Made by a program: the position numbers and the translations under genes. Below are positions 33,404-41,039 of a DNA stretch of 41,039 bases, piece after piece. The notes beneath the pieces were generated by a model. That model did no database searches, was not told the DNA's origin, and saw nothing but the letters and a program-made list of their open reading frames with translations. Origin of the DNA: a virus; the IMG/VR virus record IMGVR_UViG_3300026187_000001. One strand, 5' to 3'. Every line of letters begins with the position of its first letter. Position 1 is the stretch's first letter.

Positions 33404-34948
33404 ATGGCAAAGCAAGCATTAGACCAGATAAGGCAAGCTGCTGAGAATGATCTAGAGTTCTTTATTCAGTTGATTGCTCCACAACAGGTCTTAGGGGATT
33501 GCCATAAAGAGGTCATAGAATGGTGGACAAGAGAGGACGCACGTAACTATCAGCTTCTTCTCTTTCCACGTGACCACGGTAAGTCAAGGCTCATTGCTTA
33601 CAGGGTAGCATGGGAACTAACTAAAGACCCTACACTACGTATCCTGTATATCTCTGCTACAGCAAACCTCGCTGAGAAACAACTTAGTTTCATTAAAGGT
33701 ATCCTTACCTCAGAAATCTATAGACGTTACTGGCCTGAACATGTACACGCAGAGGAAGGTAAACGTACACGGTGGACTAACTCAGAGATTAGCTTAGATC
33801 ATCCACTACGTAAACAAGAAAACGTCCGTGACCCTAGTATTTTTACAGGTGGTCTGACTACATCACTGACAGGTTTACACTGTGACATTGCTGTACTTGA
33901 TGACGTAGTTGTAGCTGAAAATGCTCTTACCCTAGAGGGCCGTAACAAGGTAGCAAGTCAGTACTCATTACTGTCGTCTATCGAAGGTGCTGACGCTAGG
34001 GAGTGGGTAGTAGGTACACGGTATCACACCAAGGATTTGTACAACGATCTAATGGAGATGAAAGAAGTTCTCTACGATGATCAGGGTGAACAAGCAGGTG
34101 AAGATCAGATATACGAAATCTTCGAGAAGCCTGTAGAAAATCGTGGTGATGGTACGGGTGAGTTCCTATGGCCCAAGCAACAACGTAAAGATGGTAAGTG
34201 GTTCGGTTTCGATATAGCTACACTTGCTAAGAAACGTGGTAAGTATCTAGACAAAGGTCAGTTCAGAGCACAGTACTACAACGATCCTAGTGATCCAGAT
34301 AACGTACCTGTAAGTAGAGACAAGATACAATACTTCGATAGGAAGCACGTAGTCTTAGACAATGGGTTCTGGTACTACAGAGGTAACAAACTAAACCTAT
34401 TCGCTGCTATCGACTTTGCGTTTAGTACGAGAGCGAAAGCTGACTACACTGCTCTAGTTCTTGTAGGTGTAGACGCAGATAATAATGTTTACGTTCTAGA
34501 CATCGACAGGTTTAGAACAGAACGTATATCAGAGTACTTTGATCACATCTTTGATATGCACGACAAGTGGTCATTCCGTAAGCTACGAGCAGAGGTTACT
34601 GTTGCTCAGATGGCTATCGTGAAACAACTAAAAGAGTTAATTAAGGAACACGGTCTAGCTTTAAGTATTGATGAGTTCAGACCTAACAAACAACAAGGTA
34701 ATAAACAAGAGCGTATTGCTGCAGTTCTAGAACCTAGATATGACAACCTTCAGATGTGGCACTACAGAGGTGGTAACACGCAGTACCTAGAGGATGAATT
34801 ATCTAGTAGGAACCCACCGCACGATGACGTTATCGACGCTCTAGCATCTGCCGTAGATATGGCTGTGCGTCCAACTCGTAACCTTAACAGGAAACGTGAT
34901 AGTAATATTGTCTGGGCGAATAGCCGTTTCAGAGCAGGGAGTAGGTAA
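33404..34948 (+). CDS. terL: Terminase large subunit (514 aa)
   Basis: P-loop-like FPRDHGKSRL, Walker B CDIAVLDDVV, and nuclease motifs AAIDFAFS and PPHDDVIDAL. It lies immediately upstream of the portal gene. Confidence 0.9.
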   Translation: MAKQALDQIRQAAENDLEFFIQLIAPQQVLGDCHKEVIEWWTREDARNYQLLLFPRDHGKSRLIAYRVAWELTKDPTLRILYISATANLAEKQLSFIKGILTSEIYRRYWPEHVHAEEGKRTRWTNSEISLDHPLRKQENVRDPSIFTGGLTTSLTGLHCDIAVLDDVVVAENALTLEGRNKVASQYSLLSSIEGADAREWVVGTRYHTKDLYNDLMEMKEVLYDDQGEQAGEDQIYEIFEKPVENRGDGTGEFLWPKQQRKDGKWFGFDIATLAKKRGKYLDKGQFRAQYYNDPSDPDNVPVSRDKIQYFDRKHVVLDNGFWYYRGNKLNLFAAIDFAFSTRAKADYTALVLVGVDADNNVYVLDIDRFRTERISEYFDHIFDMHDKWSFRKLRAEVTVAQMAIVKQLKELIKEHGLALSIDEFRPNKQQGNKQERIAAVLEPRYDNLQMWHYRGGNTQYLEDELSSRNPPHDDVIDALASAVDMAVRPTRNLNRKRDSNIVWANSRFRAGSR

Positions 34949-36687
34949 TGAACACTATTGATATTGAAAATCTTATCGATCCAGATAACCTTGCTGTAGA
35001 CATTGCAGATAAGTGGAGACTGTGGCATCAGCTACGTAACTCTTGGATGGAAGGTACTAAGGAGTTACGTAACTACGTATACGCTACAGATACCACGACT
35101 ACTGCTAACGCAATCCTTCCTTGGTCTAATACAACGACTACTCCTAAGATTACACAGATCGCAGATAACCTACACGCTAACTATTTCGCTACGTTGTTTC
35201 CACAACAGAAGTGGATGAAGTGGGAAGCAGACACTCGTGACTCAGCACGTAAAGAGAAACGTGAGATCATTCAATCCTACATGGATAACAAAGTATCTCA
35301 ATCAGGTTTCGTTACTACAGTCTCTGACATTATTCAGGATTGGATTCTGTATGGTAACTGTTTCGGTATGGTTGAGTGGCACGATGGTTTTACTACAAAG
35401 GAAACTGGCGAATACATTCCTAAGTATGTAGGACCGAAGCTTGTTCGTATCTCACCATACGACATCTGTTTTAATCCAACAGCATCATCATTCGAAGACT
35501 CACCTAAGATCATTAAGAGCATCAAGTCTCTTGGTGAGATTAAGCGTATGATCGACTCAGACCCTAACAACGAATACTTACAGGGTGTGTTCGAAAAGAT
35601 GATGTCTGCTCGTAAGAATGTACGAGGCACAGACGGTCACTTCGATAAGGCTGAAGGTTTTATTGCTGATGGCTTCACTAGCATTGAGCAGTACTACGAA
35701 TCAGACTACGTAGAGATTATGACATTCTACGGAGACATCTACGATCAGATGTCAGGTGAGCTAATGGCAGATCGTGTGATTACTATCGTAGACCGTGCTC
35801 ACGTACTAGACAACCAAGAGAATCCATCATGGATGGGCAAGGCTCCTATATTCCATAGTGGATGGCGTAACCGTCCTGACAACCTATATGCAATGGGTCC
35901 ACTAGATAATCTTGTAGGTATGCAGTACCGCATTGATCACCTAGAGAACTTGAAAGCAGATGTGTTTGATCAGATCGCTTACCCTATCTTGAAAGTCAAG
36001 GGTGACGTAGAAGACTTCGACTTCGAACCTGGTGCTCGTATATACATGGGTGAAGAAGGTGATGTAGGTTACATGGCTCCTGATGCTACTGCACTAAACG
36101 CAGACCTACAGATTCAAGTCTTAGAGAACAAGATGGAAGAGATGGCAGGTGCTCCTCGTCAAGCTATGGGTATTCGTACCCCAGGTGAGAAGACTGCATT
36201 CGAAGTACAGACACTACAGAACTCTGCATCTCGTATCTTTGAACACAAGGCTGCACACTTCGAGCGTACATTCATTGAACCTATCTTGAATACAATGCTT
36301 GAGAATGCACGTCGATACATGAACAGATCAGATACTATTCGTGTACTAGATGAAGATCAGGGCTTTATGAAGTTCCTAGATATTACTCGTGAAGACATTA
36401 CGTCTAGCGGTAAGATTGTACCAGTAGGAGCAAGACACTTTGCTGAACGTGCTCGTAGACTACAGAATCTATTACAGATGGCTGCAGTCAAGGCACAAGA
36501 CCCTACTGTTGCACCGCACTTGTCAGGTAAAGAACTAGCTCGTATCATTGCCTATGAACTTGGTGAACCAACCTTGTTTGCAGATAATGTTGCAATAGAT
36601 GAACAAATGGAAACACAATCTAAAGTTCAAGACCTACAAGCTGCAAATGAAGAGAGACTAATGGAAGCCTCAGAGATGGGACTATAA
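34948..36687 (+). CDS. Portal (head-tail connector) protein (579 aa)
   Basis: The size, ATGA-type coupling to terL, and position before the scaffold and capsid genes all fit. Confidence 0.8.
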   Translation: MNTIDIENLIDPDNLAVDIADKWRLWHQLRNSWMEGTKELRNYVYATDTTTTANAILPWSNTTTTPKITQIADNLHANYFATLFPQQKWMKWEADTRDSARKEKREIIQSYMDNKVSQSGFVTTVSDIIQDWILYGNCFGMVEWHDGFTTKETGEYIPKYVGPKLVRISPYDICFNPTASSFEDSPKIIKSIKSLGEIKRMIDSDPNNEYLQGVFEKMMSARKNVRGTDGHFDKAEGFIADGFTSIEQYYESDYVEIMTFYGDIYDQMSGELMADRVITIVDRAHVLDNQENPSWMGKAPIFHSGWRNRPDNLYAMGPLDNLVGMQYRIDHLENLKADVFDQIAYPILKVKGDVEDFDFEPGARIYMGEEGDVGYMAPDATALNADLQIQVLENKMEEMAGAPRQAMGIRTPGEKTAFEVQTLQNSASRIFEHKAAHFERTFIEPILNTMLENARRYMNRSDTIRVLDEDQGFMKFLDITREDITSSGKIVPVGARHFAERARRLQNLLQMAAVKAQDPTVAPHLSGKELARIIAYELGEPTLFADNVAIDEQMETQSKVQDLQAANEERLMEASEMGL

Positions 36688-36697
36688 GGAGTTTATC

Positions 36698-36775
36698 ATG
36701 CCCGCAAAAGGACAACCTTACAAAAAGCCTATGCCTAAAAAGCCTAAGCCTAAGAAAAAGAAGGTTATGAAATAA
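36698..36775 (+). CDS. 25-aa polybasic peptide not in the track (MPAKGQPYKKPMPKKPKPKKKKVMK)
   Basis: Hand translation. A strong RBS (taaggag) lies 6 nt upstream, and its stop abuts the next ATG (TAAATG). Confidence 0.45.
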   Translation: MPAKGQPYKKPMPKKPKPKKKKVMK

Positions 36776-37024
36776 ATGCACTCAGCTTGGACGAAAGGTC
36801 TAAGGGGTGAGGAAAAAGCCAAGCGCATCGAAGAAGTACTCTACTACAGAAATGCCTTTGATGACTTGCAAGATGTTATCGAACAGACACTATATAAGAA
36901 AGAATCTGTTCGTGACTACGGCCCAGGATGGGCTGAAAAACAAATAGCAGTGAATGAGTACAATGCTGCTCTAGATGATCTGCTAAGACTAATAGACCTC
37001 AACCGTAAGGATCATAAAGAATAA
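36776..37024 (+). CDS. Hypothetical protein in the head module (82 aa)
   Basis: Clean ORF, coupled to the scaffold gene (TAATG). Confidence 0.5.
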   Translation: MHSAWTKGLRGEEKAKRIEEVLYYRNAFDDLQDVIEQTLYKKESVRDYGPGWAEKQIAVNEYNAALDDLLRLIDLNRKDHKE

Positions 37025-37815
37025 TGTCAGTTTTTGATGAAGACAAGTCTGTAGCCACCCAACCACAGGAGACTCAGACACAATCCGATACTATGCAGCA
37101 AGAAACCACACCACAGGAATCTTACTTGCAGAAGATCGTAGAGACACGTGGTGATAATTGGAAAGACCCCGAAGTACTTGCTAAAGGTAAACTTGAGGCT
37201 GATGCCTATATCAAGAACCTTGAGGATCAACTTGCTAGTATGCGAGAAGATTTATCTAAACAAGACTATGCGGCCCAGTTGTTACAACAACTAGAGACAA
37301 AGGCTTCGGCTACCACCAACGAAAAACCTCTAGAGTCCAATAACTATAATAACGGTGGCACGAATACTGAAGGTAACACCAACCTCGCAGTGAGTGAAGA
37401 TGATTTAAAAAGCCTTGTTGAAAAAACTCTTACAGAACGTGAGAAGCAAGCTACTGTTCAGGAGAACATTCGTCAGGTGGATGTAACACTTGAAGAAATC
37501 TACGGAACAGAAGCACGTAACGTACTCATTAACAAGTCGCAAGAACTTGGAATTAGTATGGAGCGTATGCAGGAACTTGCATCTGAATCTCCCTCTGCTC
37601 TCTTTGCTTTACTAGGAGAGAAGCAACAAACCTTTAAGCCTATAACTCAAGGGTCAGTTCGCACAGAGTCTGTAGGGACAACAACTGGCGGTGAGCGTGA
37701 TTTTAATTATTATCAGAAGCTTCGCCGTGAGAATCGTAACCTATACTACACACCAAAGGTACAACAACAGATGATGGAAGATCGTCAACGCCTTGGTAAT
37801 AGGTTCGGTATTTAA
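37024..37815 (+). CDS. Scaffolding protein (263 aa)
   Basis: Acidic and Gln-rich, helical composition, and located between the portal and major capsid genes. Confidence 0.7.
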   Translation: MSVFDEDKSVATQPQETQTQSDTMQQETTPQESYLQKIVETRGDNWKDPEVLAKGKLEADAYIKNLEDQLASMREDLSKQDYAAQLLQQLETKASATTNEKPLESNNYNNGGTNTEGNTNLAVSEDDLKSLVEKTLTEREKQATVQENIRQVDVTLEEIYGTEARNVLINKSQELGISMERMQELASESPSALFALLGEKQQTFKPITQGSVRTESVGTTTGGERDFNYYQKLRRENRNLYYTPKVQQQMMEDRQRLGNRFGI

Positions 37816-37842
37816 TCACAACTTTAAATAAGGAGAGTCAGT

Positions 37843-38805
37843 ATGTCTATGACAACTGGTAACGTTTCTCTCTTAACTCGTGCAGAGGTATGGTCGGGCG
37901 AGCTAAAAGAGATTCTACGTGACGAGATGATGGCACAACGCTACGTGCGTATGCTTGAAGGTTTCCCAGATGGTGACACATTCAAGATTCCATCAATCGG
38001 TCAAGCGCAAGTGGACAACTACGCTGAAGATACAGCGGTTCAGTACCGTCCACTAGATACAGGTCAGTTCACATTCAGTGTTGACAAGTATCTATCATCA
38101 GCTACTTATATCACTAAGAAAGCTAAACAAGACATGTTCTACATGAACGAAATGGTTTCTCGTTTTGTTCCTGAACAAGAACGTGCTATCATGGCGCACT
38201 TCGAAACAACAACTATGGCTGCTCCAGAAGCAGGTGTTTCAGCAAACTCCAACGAGTCTATCGATGGCGTTGAACACCGTTGGGCAGCAGGTGGTACAGG
38301 TGCTATCATTACACTTGAAGACTTCGCACGTGCACGTCACGTATTGAAGAAAGCAAATGTTCCTGATCGTAACCTAGTTGCTATCGTTGACCCATCAGTA
38401 GAGTACACATTGAATACTCTATCTAACATCACAAACGTTTCAAACAACCCACGTTTCGAGGGTCTTGTTCGTGATGGTATTGCGTCTGGTATGCAGTTCG
38501 TTGCAAACGTTTATGGTTTCGACGTATACTGCTCGAACTACCTAGCTGACGTTACAGACGGTGCTCTACCAACATCTGCGGATGCTAATGTAGACTTCGG
38601 TACTGATAACGGTAAAGCTAACTTGTTCTTCTCTGCGGATCAGACTGCTAACCCATTCGTGGGTGCATGGCGTCAGATGCCAGAAGTGGACTACGAATAC
38701 AACAAAGACTTCCAACGTGACGAGTTTGTTACAACTGCTCGTTATGGTGTCAAGTTGTACCGTCCAGAGAACATGGTTCGTGTTGTATCGAAAACTAACG
38801 TCTAA
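37843..38805 (+). CDS. Major capsid protein (320 aa)
   Basis: Strong RBS (aaggagagtcagtATG), codon usage typical of a highly expressed gene, and the position after the scaffold. Confidence 0.85.
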   Translation: MSMTTGNVSLLTRAEVWSGELKEILRDEMMAQRYVRMLEGFPDGDTFKIPSIGQAQVDNYAEDTAVQYRPLDTGQFTFSVDKYLSSATYITKKAKQDMFYMNEMVSRFVPEQERAIMAHFETTTMAAPEAGVSANSNESIDGVEHRWAAGGTGAIITLEDFARARHVLKKANVPDRNLVAIVDPSVEYTLNTLSNITNVSNNPRFEGLVRDGIASGMQFVANVYGFDVYCSNYLADVTDGALPTSADANVDFGTDNGKANLFFSADQTANPFVGAWRQMPEVDYEYNKDFQRDEFVTTARYGVKLYRPENMVRVVSKTNV

Positions 38806-38826
38806 TTAAGATAAGGGGAAAGATAC

Positions 38827-39306
38827 ATGTCTTACAATAACGCAGACGGACTTCGTGTTCTAACTAATGCTGATCAGGGTGCTGCAGTTGATGCAGGTAC
38901 TACAGCCGTATCAGAAGTAAAAACACTTGTAATTGATATTGCAGATGCGACTGAGCTAGGCTCTTCGGCTGCAACACCAACAGCGAATGATGCATTCATT
39001 CCTGCAAACTCTTACATTACAGGTGCTCACTTGTTGGTAACAACAGCCTTTACTTCAGGCGGTTCAGCAACCTTGACAATCGGTGCGTATGACTCTGCAG
39101 GTTCTGCTATTGATGCTGATGGTATCGATGCAACCATTGCACTTACAGCAATCAACGCTACAACTAAAGCAGTCGCATGTGACGGTGCTTTAGTAGGTGG
39201 CGCAGTGATGACAGGTGCTTCAGATGCATACATTAAACCTAACTACGGTACTGCAGCGTTTACTGCAGGTGCTGCTAAGTTGGTTATTACTTACATCGAA
39301 ACATAA
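38827..39306 (+). CDS. Ala/Gly/Thr-rich head-associated protein, decoration candidate (159 aa)
   Basis: RBS ggggaaagatacATG. It follows the capsid gene directly and precedes a strong hairpin. Confidence 0.5.
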   Translation: MSYNNADGLRVLTNADQGAAVDAGTTAVSEVKTLVIDIADATELGSSAATPTANDAFIPANSYITGAHLLVTTAFTSGGSATLTIGAYDSAGSAIDADGIDATIALTAINATTKAVACDGALVGGAVMTGASDAYIKPNYGTAAFTAGAAKLVITYIET

Positions 39307-39314
39307 TACTATTA

Positions 39315-39336
39315 GGTAGTCCCTTCGGGGGCTACC
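39315..39336 (+). terminator. Stable UUCG-tetraloop hairpin after the capsid block (attenuator or RNA-stability element)
   Basis: GGTAGTCCC-TTCG-GGGGCTACC forms a 9-bp stem (one G-U pair) with a TTCG loop. Only a weak T-tract follows (ttacttgc). Confidence 0.55.
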
Positions 39337-39362
39337 TTACTTGCTCAAGGAGAAACAATTAA

Positions 39363-39821
39363 ATGGCAAACGTAAACCACTCAGCACTTACAGACCCTTA
39401 TCTCCATGAGCCGAAGGGTGCATCTACTGCTAGTTCAGGCGATGTGTATATTGCAAATGGTTCAGGGTCAGGTGCGTGGACTTCACGTCGATCTATGATC
39501 ACTGCACACTTTGAAGATATTTCTACAGCAGCAGATATTTACTTACCAATGCCCTATGCAGGTACGATCTCTAAGATACAGTCAGTAGCATCAGGAGCAG
39601 TTGCAGGTGGAGATGTTACGTTTACATTCCGTAACTCTGCAGGAAACTCTATGGGAACTATTGTAGTTACTTCAGCAGGTTCTGCTGCAGGAGATGTAGA
39701 TACTCTAGCTCCTTCATCTAACAATACAGTCACAGCAAGTGATTACATTAGAGTAAGTTGTGATGGCGGTGCTTCCTCACATACTGAATTGTGGTTTGTA
39801 GTTTCAGTGGATGGCTCATAA
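39363..39821 (+). CDS. Hypothetical virion protein (152 aa)
   Basis: RBS aaggagaaacaattaaATG. The N-terminus is LTDPYLHEPKGASTASSGDVYIANGSGSGAW. The functional call is positional only. Confidence 0.5.
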   Translation: MANVNHSALTDPYLHEPKGASTASSGDVYIANGSGSGAWTSRRSMITAHFEDISTAADIYLPMPYAGTISKIQSVASGAVAGGDVTFTFRNSAGNSMGTIVVTSAGSAAGDVDTLAPSSNNTVTASDYIRVSCDGGASSHTELWFVVSVDGS

Positions 39822-40552
39822 TGAAAAGAACATTACTACAGATAGTACAGAACATTCTCTCAGACATGGATTCTGAGGATGTCAACAGCATTAGCGACTC
39901 TATAGAAGCTGAACAAATAGCATCTGTAGTACGTGATGTTTACTACAACATGGTATCTACTCGTATGATACCTGAACACCAAGAATTAGTTAAACTTGTA
40001 AGTCTGTCTAGTTCAGCACGTCCGACACACTTTCAAGTACCCGACTCTGTAAAACGCATAGACTTCATTCGTTATAACGTAAGTACTACAAGCGAGACAG
40101 AGTTTAAAGAGATACAATACATAGAACCTCTGTTGTTCTTAACCTTACACCAAGACGGTGCTAATGTAACTACAGTCTACGATGTGAACGGTAACACACC
40201 ATTACTTATTCGTAATGATCAGATGCCTACTTACTACACGTCATTCGATGATCTGCATATCGTAATGGACTCACACAAGAGTGACACAGATCAGATTCTA
40301 GCAGAGAATAAAACACAAGCACTAGGTCATAAGATTCCTACATTCACAATCAGTGACACTTTCATTCCAGACTTAGATGAAGTATTGTTCCCATACTTGA
40401 TTGCTGAATCTAAATCTACATGCTTCTCATTATTCAAGAGTGGTGTAGATCAGAAGATAGAACAAGCTGCACGTAGACAGAAGTCATATATGCAGAGTGA
40501 TATGTATAGAGTGAAGAAAGAAAATAAAAGGCCGTACTATGGTAGACGTTGA
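39821..40552 (+). CDS. Tail tubular protein A / adaptor (T7 gp11-like), 243 aa
   Basis: Start refined to ATG 39821 (TAATG overlap). The N-terminus MKRTLLQIVQNILSDMDSEDVNSISDSIEAEQIASVVRDVYYNM is typical of gp11-like proteins, and the gene precedes the nozzle gene. Confidence 0.65.
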   Translation: MKRTLLQIVQNILSDMDSEDVNSISDSIEAEQIASVVRDVYYNMVSTRMIPEHQELVKLVSLSSSARPTHFQVPDSVKRIDFIRYNVSTTSETEFKEIQYIEPLLFLTLHQDGANVTTVYDVNGNTPLLIRNDQMPTYYTSFDDLHIVMDSHKSDTDQILAENKTQALGHKIPTFTISDTFIPDLDEVLFPYLIAESKSTCFSLFKSGVDQKIEQAARRQKSYMQSDMYRVKKENKRPYYGRR

Positions 40553-40853
40553 TTTCGAGATTGATTACGACAACAAAACCTTAAAGGCGACATGCACAGA
40601 AAAACTAAGCACTCCTATCCATGTAAGAAAATCACCAGATGGCTTTATATTCTTCGAGGTCCATGTAGAAAAAGGCAAGGTTCCAGGCGATTTAAGTGGA
40701 AAGTACACATCTCTAGATAACGCTAAGAAAGCTATACAAGTATACCTAAATAATATTACTCCTTCTAAGGCTGTTCGCAGAGAGGCTTTCGGTAAGGACT
40801 ACGAGGAGCGTAAGAAACGAAATGCCACAGAGTCTAACGCAAAGGGTAGTTAA
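40539..40853 (+). CDS. Hypothetical protein (104 aa)
   Basis: ORF overlapping both neighbours, by 14 nt upstream and 32 nt downstream. Confidence 0.45.
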   Translation: MVDVDFEIDYDNKTLKATCTEKLSTPIHVRKSPDGFIFFEVHVEKGKVPGDLSGKYTSLDNAKKAIQVYLNNITPSKAVRREAFGKDYEERKKRNATESNAKGS

Positions 40854-41039
40854 CACATTTGTTAAAGGTTTGATTACTGAGGCAGGTGAACTTACTTTCC
40901 CACCAGATGCATCAGTAGATGAACTAAACTGTGACCTTCGTCGTGACGGTTCTCGCCGTAGACGTAAAGGTGCAGCTAAAGAAACTAACTTCGAACTGTC
41001 TAGTTTTACTGTAGCAGATGATGCTATTACTACAACAGG
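40822..41039 (+). CDS. Tail tubular protein B (nozzle), 5' portion; continues at base 128 of the window through the circular junction
   Basis: ATG 40822 (MPQSLTQRVVNTF...) is in frame with 129..2078 once the 127-bp duplicate is collapsed: (129+90)/3 is an integer, and there is no stop in between. Confidence 0.75.
   Translation, partial: MPQSLTQRVVNTFVKGLITEAGELTFPPDASVDELNCDLRRDGSRRRRKGAAKETNFELSSFTVADDAITTT
40913..41039. repeat. 127-bp exact duplicate of the window start (1..127)
   Basis: Base-for-base identity, read directly. Confidence 0.95.

Noticed and set aside
40913-41039. The 127-bp identical ends as a genuine direct terminal repeat of the virion DNA
   Set aside because: The repeat sits in the middle of an essential structural gene, and collapsing it restores a single intact frame. 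An odd, k-mer-like length favours an assembler overlap. It cannot be fully excluded without reads.

Overview
The window is essentially one complete phage genome. Bases 1..127 are identical to 40913..41039, so the contig closes into a circle of about 40.9 kb unique sequence. The tail tubular protein B gene runs across that junction.

Gene content is that of a T7-supergroup podovirus: primase-helicase, family A DNA polymerase, gp2.5-like SSB, endonuclease I, portal, scaffold, capsid, tail tube A/B and internal ejection proteins. No phage RNA polymerase gene is present, which fits the RNAP-less marine SIO1/VpV262-like podovirus style; that resemblance is from memory and was not searched.

There are two transcription arms:
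- **Plus-strand late arm**, 28014 through the circular junction to 13928. It carries a tail-fibre cluster with a chaperone, TerL, portal, scaffold, capsid, tail tube A/B, a GNAT, ejection proteins, a lysis cassette and three small basic proteins.
- **Minus-strand early/middle arm**, 27413 down to 13967. It carries many tiny early genes, ThyX, the replisome, a Cas4-like nuclease, endonuclease I, a phosphoesterase, MazG, a class II-like RNR, and DUF1289-like and DUF3310-like genes.

The arms diverge at a 600-bp repeat-dense non-coding control region (27414..28013) and converge on a bidirectional hairpin terminator (13931..13966).

I did not recognise any known defence or counter-defence system. 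The items most worth a second look:
- the control-region repeat architecture and its G-rich island
- a conserved sigma70-type promoter family sharing the 11-mer TATAAGTATAG
- a GNAT embedded among virion genes
- an EF-hand membrane protein and a u-spanin candidate in the lysis cassette
- an ArfA-like 36-aa peptide in a string of untracked micro-genes
- a roughly 10-blade repeat protein in the fibre cluster
- a trio of small basic proteins at the end of the late arm

No tRNA, rRNA, CRISPR array, integrase or transposase was found.
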